Part shown: one piece after another, positions 28,453-38,483 of the stretch | How positions within the stretch are numbered: position 1 is the first letter of the stretch | Layout: every line of letters begins with the position of its first letter | From: Myxococcota bacterium | GTDB lineage: Bacteria > Myxococcota_A > UBA9160 > UBA4427 | Direction: 5' to 3' | Assembly: GCA_965250285.1 (NCBI GenBank) | Contig: OZ252299.1 | Span: 480,001-544,000, forward strand | DNA length: 64,000 bases | Position numbers and translations under genes: made by a program | The notes under the pieces: model-generated | The model's input: only the letters and a program-made list of their open reading frames with translations | The model's database searches: none | What the model was told of the DNA's origin: nothing

Positions 28453-29328
28453 ATGCTGAGCGAGCTCGCGGCGGTCGTCCTGCCCGTCTACATCTGCGCG
28501 GGGATCGGCTTTCTGTGGGTTCGTTCGGGCCGCCCGTACGACACCGCGCTGCTGACCGAGCTGATCCTCTGGATCGGTACGCCGAGCCTCGTCTTCTCGA
28601 AGCTCACCACCGTCGGGCTCCAGGTCGATCGGCTCTTCGAGATGATGGGCGCCGTCGTGCTCGCGACGGCGTGTCTCGCCGTGCTGGCCTTCGCGGTCTT
28701 GAAGGTGACCGGGCTGCCCTGGCGCACGTATCTCGCGCCGTCGGTGTTCGGTAACACGGGCAACATGGGCATCCCGGTCTGCTACTTCGCGTTTGGCGAC
28801 GAGGGGCTCGTGCTCGCGGTCTGCTTCTTCGCGGCCACGGCATTTCTGCAGTTCGCGACCGGCCCGTGGATCTGGCACGGCGAGTTCCGACCGCTCGACC
28901 CGCTTCGCTCGCCCGTCGTCCTCTCGACCTGTGTCTCGATCGCCGTGGTCGCGGCTGAGGTGCCCGTGCCGATCGTGATCGAGCGCGTGACGACGCTGCT
29001 CGGCGGCTTCACGATCCCGATCATGCAGCTGACACTGGGCGTGTCGCTTGCTCGGCTCAAGGTGGCCCGCGTCGGGCTCCCGCTGCTGATCAGCGCCGTG
29101 AAGCTCGGCGGCGGTGCCCTGATCGGTTTCGGCGTCGCGACCTTGCTTGGCTTCGAGGGCATCGAGCGCGGCGTGCTGGTGCTCGACTGCGCCATGCCCG
29201 TCGCGGTCTTCAACTATATGTTCGCCGCGAAATATGAGCGCGAATCGGGACAGGTCGCGAGTACGGTCGTGCTCTCGACGCTGCTCTCGTTTGCGACCCT
29301 TCCGCTGGTCTTGGCGCTCCTGCTCTGA
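28453..29328 (+). CDS. AEC (auxin efflux carrier/Mem_trans) family transporter
   Basis: About 10 TMs; GNTGNMGIP, AMPVAV, V.LSTLLS. Confidence 0.88.
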   Translation: MLSELAAVVLPVYICAGIGFLWVRSGRPYDTALLTELILWIGTPSLVFSKLTTVGLQVDRLFEMMGAVVLATACLAVLAFAVLKVTGLPWRTYLAPSVFGNTGNMGIPVCYFAFGDEGLVLAVCFFAATAFLQFATGPWIWHGEFRPLDPLRSPVVLSTCVSIAVVAAEVPVPIVIERVTTLLGGFTIPIMQLTLGVSLARLKVARVGLPLLISAVKLGGGALIGFGVATLLGFEGIERGVLVLDCAMPVAVFNYMFAAKYERESGQVASTVVLSTLLSFATLPLVLALLL

Positions 29329-29404
29329 AGCGGGCGACATCGATTGCGCCTTGATTTCACCCGCGGCGCTCCTCATCTTCATGGCTCGATGCCGGGAGGG
29401 TGAG

Positions 29405-31390
29405 ATGGAGTGCGGATCATCGCGTCAGCAACGCGCGCGGGCGGAGCGTCGCCGTGCCGCGATCATCGGCTTGCTTACGGTTTTTCTGCTTCTGTGGCCC
29501 GCGCTCGCGAGCGCGCGTTCGATCGAAGAAGACGCCGAGGCGTTCGGGACGATGCCGGCGGCGTGGGGCGTCGAGCTGTCGCCTTCGGGTCGGTATCTCT
29601 CCTACCTCTCGATGCACGCCAGCGATATCCCGTTCGCCGTGGTGCTCGATCTCGAGAACGGCGGGGCGAGCAGTCCGATCGCGAGTCAGCCGGGCGTGCA
29701 CGATTTGAACTGGTGCGGGTGGGCGACGGACGATCGACTCGTCTGCGGCTACTTCGGTGTCACAGAGCAGATGAACATTCGCATGGCGCTCACGCGCCTC
29801 GTCGCCGTCGACCGAGACGGTGAAAACATGCGCAACCTCGTTCGTCAGAGTCGTCAATTTCTAGGCAAGGTGACCGACTGGATGCCCGACGATCCGAAGC
29901 GGATCATGGTGCCGTACGAGGACGAGGAGACGTATCACCCGGACGCCAACATCCTCGGCGTCGCGGCGCTCGACATCCATACGACCCGCAGCGACTGGGT
30001 GAAGCGCCCGCGCAAGGGCTTCTCGGGCTGGGGGACGGATGGCCGGGGCGAGCTTCGGCTACGGACTCGCCACGAACCTGATGAGTGGGTGTGGGAGGCG
30101 AAGGCGGTCGGCTCCTCGGAGTGGCAGCGCGTCGGCTCTCGAGAGAAGGACGTCTATCGGGGTGTGATCGACGAGCCGGAGGGTTTTCTCGACGATCCGA
30201 ATCACCTTGTCGTGCGGCGCTTGAAAGGCGGACGTGAGGCCCTCTACGTGCGCGATCTGTCTGGCGAGACCGAAGACAAGCTGCTCTTCGCACACGATGA
30301 CGTCGATGTCGGCGAGCTCGTCACGATGGGTCCGGAGCGGCGCGCTGTCGGCGTCCGCTACGTCACCGACCGGCCACGGGTGCACTACTTCGACGACCGC
30401 ATTCTCGAGATCATCGCCCGGGCCGAGAAGACGTTCCCCGACATGCAGATCGACATCTGGAGCGAGAGCTCGGATCGTCGCTACTACGTGGTCTTGGCGC
30501 AGAGCGATGACGATCCCGGCTCGTTCTACCGGCTCGATGCCGAGCAGGGCAACCTGATTCGCATTCGACCCAGGCACCCGAAGCTCGAAGGGGTCGATCT
30601 CGCGCGCATGCGCGCCTTCGAGTACCCCGCTCGCGACGGGACGACCGTTCCCGCCTACGTGACCTTGCCGCCGGGCAAGCGCGCGAAGCCGCTGCCGACG
30701 ATCGTGCTTCCGCATGGAGGGCCCGAGTCACGCGACCGGTGGGGCTTCGACTGGCTCGCCCAGTTCCTCGCGGCCCGCGGCTATCTCGTGCTGCAGGCGA
30801 ACTATCGGGGTTCGGGTGGCTACGGCGTCGACTGGGCTGGTGAAGGCGGATTTCGCAACTGGGCGCTTGCGATGTCCGACATCGAAGACGGCATCGCGAA
30901 CCTGGTCGAGCGAGGCGTCGCTGATCCAGACCGAGTCTGCATCGTGGGGTGGAGCTACGGGGGCTACGCCGCCCTCATGAGCGTCATCGAGCACCCTGAT
31001 CGATACCGCTGCGCCGTCAGCATCGCCGGGGTCGGCGATCTGGGGCAGCTGGTCGACGACTCCCGCAACTTCACGAACAAGCGCATCGCCCGCGATCAGA
31101 TCGGCGACGACGAAGAGGAGCGACGGAAGGGCTCACCCCGCCGCCGCGTGAAGGAGATCCCGGTGCCCGTTCTGCTCTTTCACGGGGAGAACGACTTCAT
31201 CGTCTACGTCGAGCACAGCAAGAAGCTCGCCAAGGCGATGAAGAAGGCCGGCAAGCCCGTCGAGCTGGTGATCTATGACGACACCGAGCACTCGCTCGAC
31301 CGAAACGGCGCGCGGGTCGACATGCTGACGCGCATCGGCCACTTCCTCGAAGACCATCTCGAGAAGCCGAAGGCGGCCGCGGGCAACTAG
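29405..31390 (+). CDS. S9 family (prolyl oligopeptidase/acylaminoacyl) peptidase, secreted
   Basis: PHGGP, NYRGSGGYG, GWSYGG nucleophile, HGEND, EH; signal peptide; start 29380 also possible. Confidence 0.92.
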   Translation: MECGSSRQQRARAERRRAAIIGLLTVFLLLWPALASARSIEEDAEAFGTMPAAWGVELSPSGRYLSYLSMHASDIPFAVVLDLENGGASSPIASQPGVHDLNWCGWATDDRLVCGYFGVTEQMNIRMALTRLVAVDRDGENMRNLVRQSRQFLGKVTDWMPDDPKRIMVPYEDEETYHPDANILGVAALDIHTTRSDWVKRPRKGFSGWGTDGRGELRLRTRHEPDEWVWEAKAVGSSEWQRVGSREKDVYRGVIDEPEGFLDDPNHLVVRRLKGGREALYVRDLSGETEDKLLFAHDDVDVGELVTMGPERRAVGVRYVTDRPRVHYFDDRILEIIARAEKTFPDMQIDIWSESSDRRYYVVLAQSDDDPGSFYRLDAEQGNLIRIRPRHPKLEGVDLARMRAFEYPARDGTTVPAYVTLPPGKRAKPLPTIVLPHGGPESRDRWGFDWLAQFLAARGYLVLQANYRGSGGYGVDWAGEGGFRNWALAMSDIEDGIANLVERGVADPDRVCIVGWSYGGYAALMSVIEHPDRYRCAVSIAGVGDLGQLVDDSRNFTNKRIARDQIGDDEEERRKGSPRRRVKEIPVPVLLFHGENDFIVYVEHSKKLAKAMKKAGKPVELVIYDDTEHSLDRNGARVDMLTRIGHFLEDHLEKPKAAAGN

Positions 31391-31397
31391 CCGAGCG

Positions 31398-32582
31398 TCA
31401 CCCGCCCGAGTCGGCGCTCTCGGCCTCGGGCACGGGCGGCGTCGCATCTTCGAAGCGGTTCTCGAGGTAGCCCTCGGGCAGGGCGACCCGCTGGGTGCCC
31501 GACCGCTTGCCCCGCCGCATGCGCATCGCTTCGAGGGGGAAGGGCGTCGCCGGCTCGAACTCGCCGAACGCCTGGTCGAAGTCGGCGAGGCTGTTCACGC
31601 GCACGAGCCCTTGGCGAATGTGCGCGCCGCCGTGGAAGCCCTTCGTGTACCAGCCCGCGTGGCGTCGAAACGACAGAATGCCCCGGCGGTCGCCGAACCA
31701 GTCGACGAGCAGCTTCGCGTGCTCGCGCATGATCTCGACCACCTCGCCGAGGTTCGGCGGCGCCTGCACGGCTTTGCCGGCGAAGACGTCGGCGAGGTCG
31801 CGAAAGAGCCAGGGCCGGCCGAGGCAGCCGCGACCGACGACGACGCCATCGCAGCCGGTTTCGCGCATCATGCGCAGCGCGTCGGCGGCCTCCCAGATGT
31901 CGCCGTTGCCGAACACCGGGATCTGCGTGACCGCCTGCTTGAGCCGGGCGATCGTCTCCCACGCGGCCTCGCCGTCGTAGAGCTGGGCCGCGGTGCGCGC
32001 GTGCAGCGCGACGGCTGCGCAGCCCTCCTCCTGGCCGATGCGCCCGGCGTCGAGGTAGGTCGTGACGGCGTCGTCGATGCCGACGCGAAACTTGATCGTC
32101 ACCGGCACGTCGCCGGCGTGGGCCACGGCGGCCCGGACGATCGCGGCGAGGAGCTTCGGCTTCGCGGGGATCGCCGCGCCGCCGCCCTTGCGGGTGACCT
32201 TGCGCACGGGGCAGCCGAAGTTCATGTCGATGTGATCGACCGACCCCTCGCCGACGAGGCGCTCGACCGCGCGTCCGACGTAGTGCGGGTCGACGCCGTA
32301 GAGCTGCAGGCTGCGCGGCCCTTCGTCGGGGCCGAACTCGGCGAGCTTGAGCGTCTTGGCGTTGCCGTCGACCAGCGGGCGAGCCGTGATCATCTCGCTC
32401 ACGTAGAGCCCGGCGCCGTAGCGCCGACAGATCGTTCGGAACGGGTAGTTCGTGATGCCGGCCATGGGGGCGAGCACCACGGGCACGGGCAGCTCGATCG
32501 GGCCAATGCGCACGGGTGCGAATTCGCCCGGACGGGCGGCCGGGATCTCGCGGTTGTAGTCACTGACGAAGGCGGCTTCCAC
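31398..32582 (-). CDS. dusB: tRNA-dihydrouridine synthase DusB
   Basis: LAPMAG, DMNFGCP, HART, NGDI, GRGCLGRPW. Confidence 0.93.
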   Translation of the reverse strand: MEAAFVSDYNREIPAARPGEFAPVRIGPIELPVPVVLAPMAGITNYPFRTICRRYGAGLYVSEMITARPLVDGNAKTLKLAEFGPDEGPRSLQLYGVDPHYVGRAVERLVGEGSVDHIDMNFGCPVRKVTRKGGGAAIPAKPKLLAAIVRAAVAHAGDVPVTIKFRVGIDDAVTTYLDAGRIGQEEGCAAVALHARTAAQLYDGEAAWETIARLKQAVTQIPVFGNGDIWEAADALRMMRETGCDGVVVGRGCLGRPWLFRDLADVFAGKAVQAPPNLGEVVEIMREHAKLLVDWFGDRRGILSFRRHAGWYTKGFHGGAHIRQGLVRVNSLADFDQAFGEFEPATPFPLEAMRMRRGKRSGTQRVALPEGYLENRFEDATPPVPEAESADSGG

Positions 32583-32703
32583 GGGCCCTTGGATACCTCA
32601 GATCCCTCGAGGGTGACCACGGGGGGGCGCCGGGCTGCGGTACGATGCCGCTCTGCGCCCGTCGGCCCGCCCCGGTCGTCGCCCGGGCCGGCGAGGAGGG
32701 CGC

Positions 32704-33381
32704 GTGACCGGCATCACTCGAATCTGCGGTGGCTTCGCGGCCGGGCTGGCTCTGGCCCTGGCACCGGCTGCGCCGGCCGCGCCGCCCGTCGTCACCCAGG
32801 ACGAGGTCGTCATCGAGGATCAGATCGCCCTCGAGGTGATCGACCGAGACGTCTATGGCTTCGACGCCCAGGGTGGAGGTCGCAACCGCTTTCGGCTCGA
32901 CCTGGCCGAGGAGGTCGTCGCCCAGGGGCAGCGCGGCTACCTGGCGTACCTCATGACGAACCAGCGAGTGCTGGCCCTCGCGTCGGGGAAGGGCTCGTGG
33001 CGCGAGCTGCCGCTGCGCATCGGCGAATCGGCCCACGCGCTCGCCTGGATCGCACCCCGGGTGCTCGTGATCGCCACGGCCCAGCGCATTCTCGGCTTCG
33101 ACTCGCGCAGCGCCTTCTGGCTGCAGGTGGACGTCGGTCCGAACGAGACGGTGACCCACGTCGAGCTCGGCGCGAGCACGGCGGTCGTCGTCACCGATCG
33201 ACGGGCCTACGGGCTCTCGCCCGACGCGGGCGGCTTCTTCTCGATTCAGCTCCGGCTGCACGAGAAGATCGAGCAGGTCACGGCGTCGGCCACCCTCGGG
33301 CAGATTCGGACCAGCCAGCGGATCCTGATCTTCCGCAGTCCGAGTGGGGTGTGGAGTGTCGAGGAGCGACCGATCACCTGA
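32704..33381 (+). CDS. Secreted repeat protein (five beta-propeller-like blades), unknown function
   Basis: SD AGGAGG, signal peptide, five ~40-aa repeats T..R.(Y/L).F....G.(W/F)....L...E. Confidence 0.65.
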   Translation: MTGITRICGGFAAGLALALAPAAPAAPPVVTQDEVVIEDQIALEVIDRDVYGFDAQGGGRNRFRLDLAEEVVAQGQRGYLAYLMTNQRVLALASGKGSWRELPLRIGESAHALAWIAPRVLVIATAQRILGFDSRSAFWLQVDVGPNETVTHVELGASTAVVVTDRRAYGLSPDAGGFFSIQLRLHEKIEQVTASATLGQIRTSQRILIFRSPSGVWSVEERPIT

Positions 33382-33556
33382 CGGCCGCGTCGCCCGTCGC
33401 TCGCCCGTCGGGGATGTCGCGCGGCGTCGCCGCGCACCAAAACGCCCGCCCCGGTTGACGAATTCGGCAGATCGCCGACCTTCCGAGGCACCCCCCAGAC
33501 AGCCGGTTCCACCCAGCCACGCACGCCCGGCGCTCGCCGTCGGGCGGGGAGCACCC

Positions 33557-35407
33557 ATGGCCGCCCGAAAGGCAGCAGCGAAGAAATCTTCGGCGAAGAA
33601 GAAGGTCGCCTACGACGAGAAGGCGATCCAGACGCTCGACGCCCTCGAGCACATCCGGCTGCGCACCGGCATGTACATCGGGCGCCTCGGCGACGGCAGT
33701 CATCCCCTCGACGGCATCTACGTGATGCTGAAGGAGGTGGTCGACAACTCGGTCGACGAGTTCATCATGGGCGCCGGCAAGAAGATCGAGATCACGCGCG
33801 AGGACGACCTCGTGCACGTTCGCGACTTCGGTCGCGGCATCCCGCTCGGCAAGGTCGTCGAGTGCGTGTCTCAGATCAACACCGGCGGCAAGTACAACGA
33901 CGACGTGTTCCAGTTCTCGGTGGGGCTGAACGGCGTCGGCACCAAGGCGGTCAACGCGCTCTCGAGCGAATTCGAGGTCACGAGCTACCGCGACGGCAAG
34001 TCGGTCACCGCGAGCTTCGAGCGCGGCAAGCTCAAGAAGGAAAAGAAGGGCAAGCAGGGCTCGGCCGCCGACGGCACGGCGATCAGCTTCCGCCCCGATC
34101 CCGAGATCTTCGGCGAGTTCTCGTTCAGCGAAGACTTCGTGGCGCACCGCCTCAAGTACTACGCCTATCTGAACAGCGGGCTCAAGCTCACCTACAACGG
34201 CAAGTCGTTCCAGAGCAAGGCGGGGCTCGCCGATCTGCTCGTCGAAGAGATCGGTGAAGAGCCGCCGCTGTACGACGTCGTGCACTGCTCGACCGACCAC
34301 CTCGAGTTCGCCTTCACGCACACGAACAGCTACGGCGAGACGTACTACTCGTTCGTGAACGGCCAGTACACCAACGACGGCGGTACACACCAGAGCGCGT
34401 TTCGTGAGGGGTTGCTCAAGGGCGTGAACGAGTACGCCAAGAAGAGCTTCGCGGGCGAAGACGTGCGCGACGGTCTGATCGGGGCCGTCGCGATCAAGCT
34501 GCAAGATCCGGTCTTCGAGAGCCAGACGAAGAACAAGCTCGGCTCGACCGAGGTGCGCTCGTGGATCGTGCCCGCGGTGAAGGATCACGTTCTGCGCTGG
34601 CTGCACCAGAACGAGCCGGTGGCGAAGAAGCTGCTCGAGAAGGTCCAGGCGAACGAGCGCCTGCGCAAAGAGCTCTCGGCGATCAAGAAGGACGCCCGCG
34701 AGCGCGCGAAGAAGGTCGCGATTCGGATCCCCAAGCTCACCGACTGCAAGGTGCACTTCGACGACTCGAAGGGCGATCGGCGCGACGAGAGCACGATCTT
34801 CCTCTCCGAGGGTGACTCGGCGGCGGGCGTGATGGTGCCCTCGCGCGACGTGTACACCCAGGCGATCTACTCGCTCAAGGGCAAGCCGCTCAATACGCAC
34901 GGTCTCAAGCGCGACGCGATCTACAAGAACGAAGAGCTCTACAACATCATGCGCGCCCTCGGCATCGAGGACGGCATCGATGGGCTTCGATACAACAAGG
35001 TCGTCATCGCGACCGATGCCGACGTCGACGGCATGCACATTCGCAATCTGCTGCTGACGTTCTTTCTTCGCTACTTCGAAGAGCTGGTGTTGAAGGGGCA
35101 CGTCTACATCCTCGAGACGCCGCTGTTTCGCGTGCGCGACAAGAAGCAGACCCGCTACTGCTACAGCGAGAAGGAGCGCGACGCAGCCATCGACGAGCTC
35201 GGCAAGGCCGAAGTCACGCGCTTCAAGGGGCTCGGTGAGATCAGCCCGAAAGAGTTCGGTCAGTTCATCGGCATGGGCATGCGGCTCGTGCCCGTCGGCG
35301 TGAAGTCGATTGGCGAGGTCAACAAGACCCTCGACTTCTTCATGGGCAAGAACACACCGGCCCGCAAGGATTTCATCGTCGACAACCTGTTGACCGACGT
35401 GGCCTGA
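33557..35407 (+). CDS. parE: Type IIA topoisomerase subunit B (topoisomerase IV ParE-like)
   Basis: HIRLRTGMYIG, EVVDNSVDE, GLNGVG, EGDSA, LKGKPLN, TDADVDG, TRFKGLGEI. Confidence 0.9.
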   Translation: MAARKAAAKKSSAKKKVAYDEKAIQTLDALEHIRLRTGMYIGRLGDGSHPLDGIYVMLKEVVDNSVDEFIMGAGKKIEITREDDLVHVRDFGRGIPLGKVVECVSQINTGGKYNDDVFQFSVGLNGVGTKAVNALSSEFEVTSYRDGKSVTASFERGKLKKEKKGKQGSAADGTAISFRPDPEIFGEFSFSEDFVAHRLKYYAYLNSGLKLTYNGKSFQSKAGLADLLVEEIGEEPPLYDVVHCSTDHLEFAFTHTNSYGETYYSFVNGQYTNDGGTHQSAFREGLLKGVNEYAKKSFAGEDVRDGLIGAVAIKLQDPVFESQTKNKLGSTEVRSWIVPAVKDHVLRWLHQNEPVAKKLLEKVQANERLRKELSAIKKDARERAKKVAIRIPKLTDCKVHFDDSKGDRRDESTIFLSEGDSAAGVMVPSRDVYTQAIYSLKGKPLNTHGLKRDAIYKNEELYNIMRALGIEDGIDGLRYNKVVIATDADVDGMHIRNLLLTFFLRYFEELVLKGHVYILETPLFRVRDKKQTRYCYSEKERDAAIDELGKAEVTRFKGLGEISPKEFGQFIGMGMRLVPVGVKSIGEVNKTLDFFMGKNTPARKDFIVDNLLTDVA

Positions 35408-35420
35408 ACCCGGCCCGTCT

Positions 35421-35456
35421 CACGCAGCACACCCCGCAATACCCCACGCAACACCA
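35421..35456 (+). repeat. Three degenerate 12-bp direct repeats in the parE-parC spacer
   Basis: CACGCAGCACAC / CCCGCAATACCC / CACGCAACACCA. Confidence 0.55.
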
Positions 35457-35471
35457 CAGGAAAGATCGCCA

Positions 35472-37565
35472 GTGGCCCAGCTCGAAAGCCTGATGCAGAA
35501 GCACTTCCTCGAGTACTCGAGCTACGTGGTGCTCGATCGGGCGATCCCCGACGTCCGCGACGGGCTGAAGCCGGTTCAGCGGCGCATTCTGCACACGCTC
35601 TTCAAGATGAACGACGGCCGCTTTCACAAGGTGGCCAACGTCATCGGCGAGACGATGAAGCTGCACCCCCACGGCGACGCGTCGATCGGCGACGCGCTGG
35701 TGGTGCTCGCCAATCGTGACTACTTCATCGAGCGTCAGGGCAATTTCGGCAACCTGCTGACGGGTCACCCCGCCGCCGCAGCTCGCTACATCGAGTGTCG
35801 TCTGACGCCGCTCGCCCTCGACACGATGTTCCACGCGCCGCTCACCGAGTTCGTGCCGAGCTATGACGGTCGAACCGAAGAGCCGGTGCACCTGCCGACC
35901 AAGCTGCCCGTGGCGCTCATGCTGGGCACCGAGGGCATCGCCGTCGGCATGGCGACGAAGATCCTGCCCCACAATCTGAGCGAGCTCTGGGAAGCGCAGA
36001 TCGCGATCGTCCAGGGCAAGAAGGTCACGCTCTATCCCGACTTCCCGCAAGGCGGCCTCATGGACGTCGACGCCTACGAGGACGGGGCCGGCAAGGTCGA
36101 GGTGCGGGCGCGCATCGAGACGAAGGACCCGAAACACGTCGTCATCACCGAGCTGCCCTACGGCACGTCGACCGAGAGCCTGATCTCGAGCATCGAGGCG
36201 GCCGTCGGCAAGGGCAGGGTGAAGATCGCCAGCATCAACGACTTCACGACCGACAAGGCCGAGATCGAGCTGACCCTGGCGCGCGGAGCGACGCCGAAGG
36301 AGGTCATCCCCCAGCTCTACGCCTACACCGACTGCAGTGTCTCGGTGTCGTCGAACCTGACCCTGATTCAGGATCGGCGGCCCGAGCAGCTCAGCGTGAC
36401 CGACGTGATCCGGCACCTCACGCAGCTGCTCAAGGCGCAGCTGAAGGCCGAGCTCGAGTACGACCGCGACAACCTGATCGACAAACAGCACTGGCTGACG
36501 CTCGAGCAGATCTTCATCGAGAAGAAGGTCTACCAGAAGATCGAGAAAGCGAAGACAGCCGAAGCGGTGCGCAAGGCCGTCTGGGACGGCATGCAGAAGT
36601 TCAAGCGGCAGTTCATTCGGCCCATGGTCGAAGACGACGTGACCCGTCTGCTCGAGATTCGAATTCGCCGCATCTCGGCCTATGACATCGAGCGCAACCG
36701 CAAGGAGATCGAGGCGATCGTCGCCGAGATCAAGTCGATCGAGCGCAAGCTCAAGAACATGAACAAGACGACGGTCGACTATCTGAAGGGGCTGCTCGAG
36801 AAGTACGGTGAGCAGTTCCCTCGCCGCACCGAGATCACGCGGATCAAGGCCGTCGACAAGAAGGCCGTGGCTCGCCAGAACGTCAAGCTCTCGTGGGATC
36901 CGAAGTCGGGCTTCTTCGGCAGCGAGGTGCGCGGCGATCAGTGCAAGATGACCGTGAGCGAGTTCGATCACGTGCTCGTGATCGGCGACGACGGTGGCTA
37001 CCGCATCATGCAGCAACCCGAGAAGGTGCTCTTCACGGGCAAGGTGATCTACGCCGACGTCTTCAAAGAAGACGAAGGGGTCGAGTTCACCGTCGTCTAC
37101 CGCGACAAGAAGAAGTTCGCCTTCGGCAAGCTGGTTCGCATCGAGCGCTTCATCCGCAATCGCGAGTACTCGCTCGTGAAGGACAAGGCCGGCAAGGTCG
37201 ACCTGCTGCTGCCCGCGGGCGAGACCGGCAAGATCCACATGGGCTTCGTGCCCCAGAAGCGGCAACGGCTGAAGGAAGCCGACTTCGATCTCGCCGAGCT
37301 GCAGCTCTCGAGCAGCCCGACGGCCCGAGGTGTGCGCCTCGCGCCCAAGCCGGTGTCGAGGGTGAAGCTCACCGAGCCGGCGCAGCGCAAGCCGGCGGGG
37401 CGTCAGGGCGGCGCAGCCGCGGACGCTTCGGCGAAGAAGGCGCCGGCGAAGGCGTCGGCGAAGGCCCCGGCGAAGAAGAAGGCCGGGGGTCGCAAGGCGA
37501 CGGCCAAGAAGAAGGCCGCCAAGCAGAAGGGGCGCCGCGAGCCGAAGCAGGGCAAGCTGCTCTAG
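35472..37565 (+). CDS. parC: Type IIA topoisomerase subunit A (topoisomerase IV ParC-like) with Lys/Ala-rich tail
   Basis: RAIPDVRDGLKPVQRR, HPHGD, catalytic AAARY, GIAVGMAT; no GyrA-box; short CTD. Confidence 0.88.
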   Translation: MAQLESLMQKHFLEYSSYVVLDRAIPDVRDGLKPVQRRILHTLFKMNDGRFHKVANVIGETMKLHPHGDASIGDALVVLANRDYFIERQGNFGNLLTGHPAAAARYIECRLTPLALDTMFHAPLTEFVPSYDGRTEEPVHLPTKLPVALMLGTEGIAVGMATKILPHNLSELWEAQIAIVQGKKVTLYPDFPQGGLMDVDAYEDGAGKVEVRARIETKDPKHVVITELPYGTSTESLISSIEAAVGKGRVKIASINDFTTDKAEIELTLARGATPKEVIPQLYAYTDCSVSVSSNLTLIQDRRPEQLSVTDVIRHLTQLLKAQLKAELEYDRDNLIDKQHWLTLEQIFIEKKVYQKIEKAKTAEAVRKAVWDGMQKFKRQFIRPMVEDDVTRLLEIRIRRISAYDIERNRKEIEAIVAEIKSIERKLKNMNKTTVDYLKGLLEKYGEQFPRRTEITRIKAVDKKAVARQNVKLSWDPKSGFFGSEVRGDQCKMTVSEFDHVLVIGDDGGYRIMQQPEKVLFTGKVIYADVFKEDEGVEFTVVYRDKKKFAFGKLVRIERFIRNREYSLVKDKAGKVDLLLPAGETGKIHMGFVPQKRQRLKEADFDLAELQLSSSPTARGVRLAPKPVSRVKLTEPAQRKPAGRQGGAAADASAKKAPAKASAKAPAKKKAGGRKATAKKKAAKQKGRREPKQGKLL

Positions 37566-37638
37566 CGGCGCACGCCTCGCCGCGCTGCGCGCTGACGACG
37601 GGCGCGCCGGCCCGCGCTCGTCCGCCCGCGCGCCGGGC

Positions 37639-38247
37639 TCAATCGAGCGCTGCGACCCGCTGGAAGGCCGGCCGTTCGAAGATGCGGCCGAGATAGGCCT
37701 GCAGGCGCGGAAACCGCTCGTCGAGCACGCCGACGGCCTGGGCCGCCAGGATCGAGAACCCCATCATCACATCGGCCGCTGTGAACGCCGGGCCGACGAG
37801 CCAGTCGTCATCGCCGAGGCCCTCTTCTATGAAGGCGAGGGCCGATGCCGCGCGAGCGCGGGCGTCGGTGAGTAGACCGTCCTCGTCGTCCTCCCCGCCG
37901 CGATATCGCGTCAGCCACACGACGATGCCGACGGGTGGGAAGGCGCTGCTCTCGGCGTAATGGAGCCACTGCAGAAAACGCGGGCGATCGGGTGAGCCGA
38001 AATCGGGCGCGAGTCTTCCCTCGCCGTAGCGCTCGAGGATGTACTCGACGATGGCGCCCGACTCACAGAGGGTCACGTCGCCGTCGACGAGCGTGGGGAA
38101 GCGGCCCGTCGGCGTGGCCTGCGCGAAGAATCGCCGCTTGGGCGGGACGAACTCCCCGCGCTCGAGCTCGTAGGCCAGCTCGAGCTCTTCGAGGAGCCAG
38201 GCGATGCGAACCGAGCGCGTTCGCGGGGCGAAGTAGAGCGTCAGCAT
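37639..38247 (-). CDS. Glutathione S-transferase family protein
   Basis: LYFAPRTRS, G..PTL.DG...L.ESGAI..Y, FTAAD, ERPAF. Confidence 0.92.
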   Translation of the reverse strand: MLTLYFAPRTRSVRIAWLLEELELAYELERGEFVPPKRRFFAQATPTGRFPTLVDGDVTLCESGAIVEYILERYGEGRLAPDFGSPDRPRFLQWLHYAESSAFPPVGIVVWLTRYRGGEDDEDGLLTDARARAASALAFIEEGLGDDDWLVGPAFTAADVMMGFSILAAQAVGVLDERFPRLQAYLGRIFERPAFQRVAALD

Positions 38248-38303
38248 GGCGTGCAGTCTAGCGCCGGGGCCGAAGCCGCCGAGCGCCGTCGTTCGCCGCG
38301 AGG

Positions 38304-38483
38304 CGCTACCCGATGCGACCGAGTGCCCGCAGGCCAGGGCCGCTACTCGACGTAACCGAGTGCCCGCAGGCGAGGGCCGCTACTCGACGCGACCGAGAGC
38401 CCGCAGGCGAGGGCCGCTGCTCGATGCAATCGAGTGCCCGCAGACGCGGGCCGCTACTCGATGTAACCGAGTGCCCGCAGGCG
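38304..38483 (-). repeat. Tandem repeat, 37-bp unit, 5 copies, derived from the 3' end of the 38454-40796 gene
   Basis: Units start at 38304, 38341, 38378, 38415, 38452 (consensus CGCTACTCGAYGYRACCGAGTGCCCGCAGGCGAGGGC); the last unit contains the gene's LRALGYIE-stop. Confidence 0.92.

Noticed and set aside
33557..37565. DNA gyrase gyrB/gyrA
   Set aside because: The A subunit has no GyrA-box or six-blade CTD; topoisomerase IV-like is more consistent
38304..38483. CRISPR array (37-bp repeats)
   Set aside because: Units are head-to-tail with no unique spacers, derive from a coding 3' end, and no cas genes are in the window
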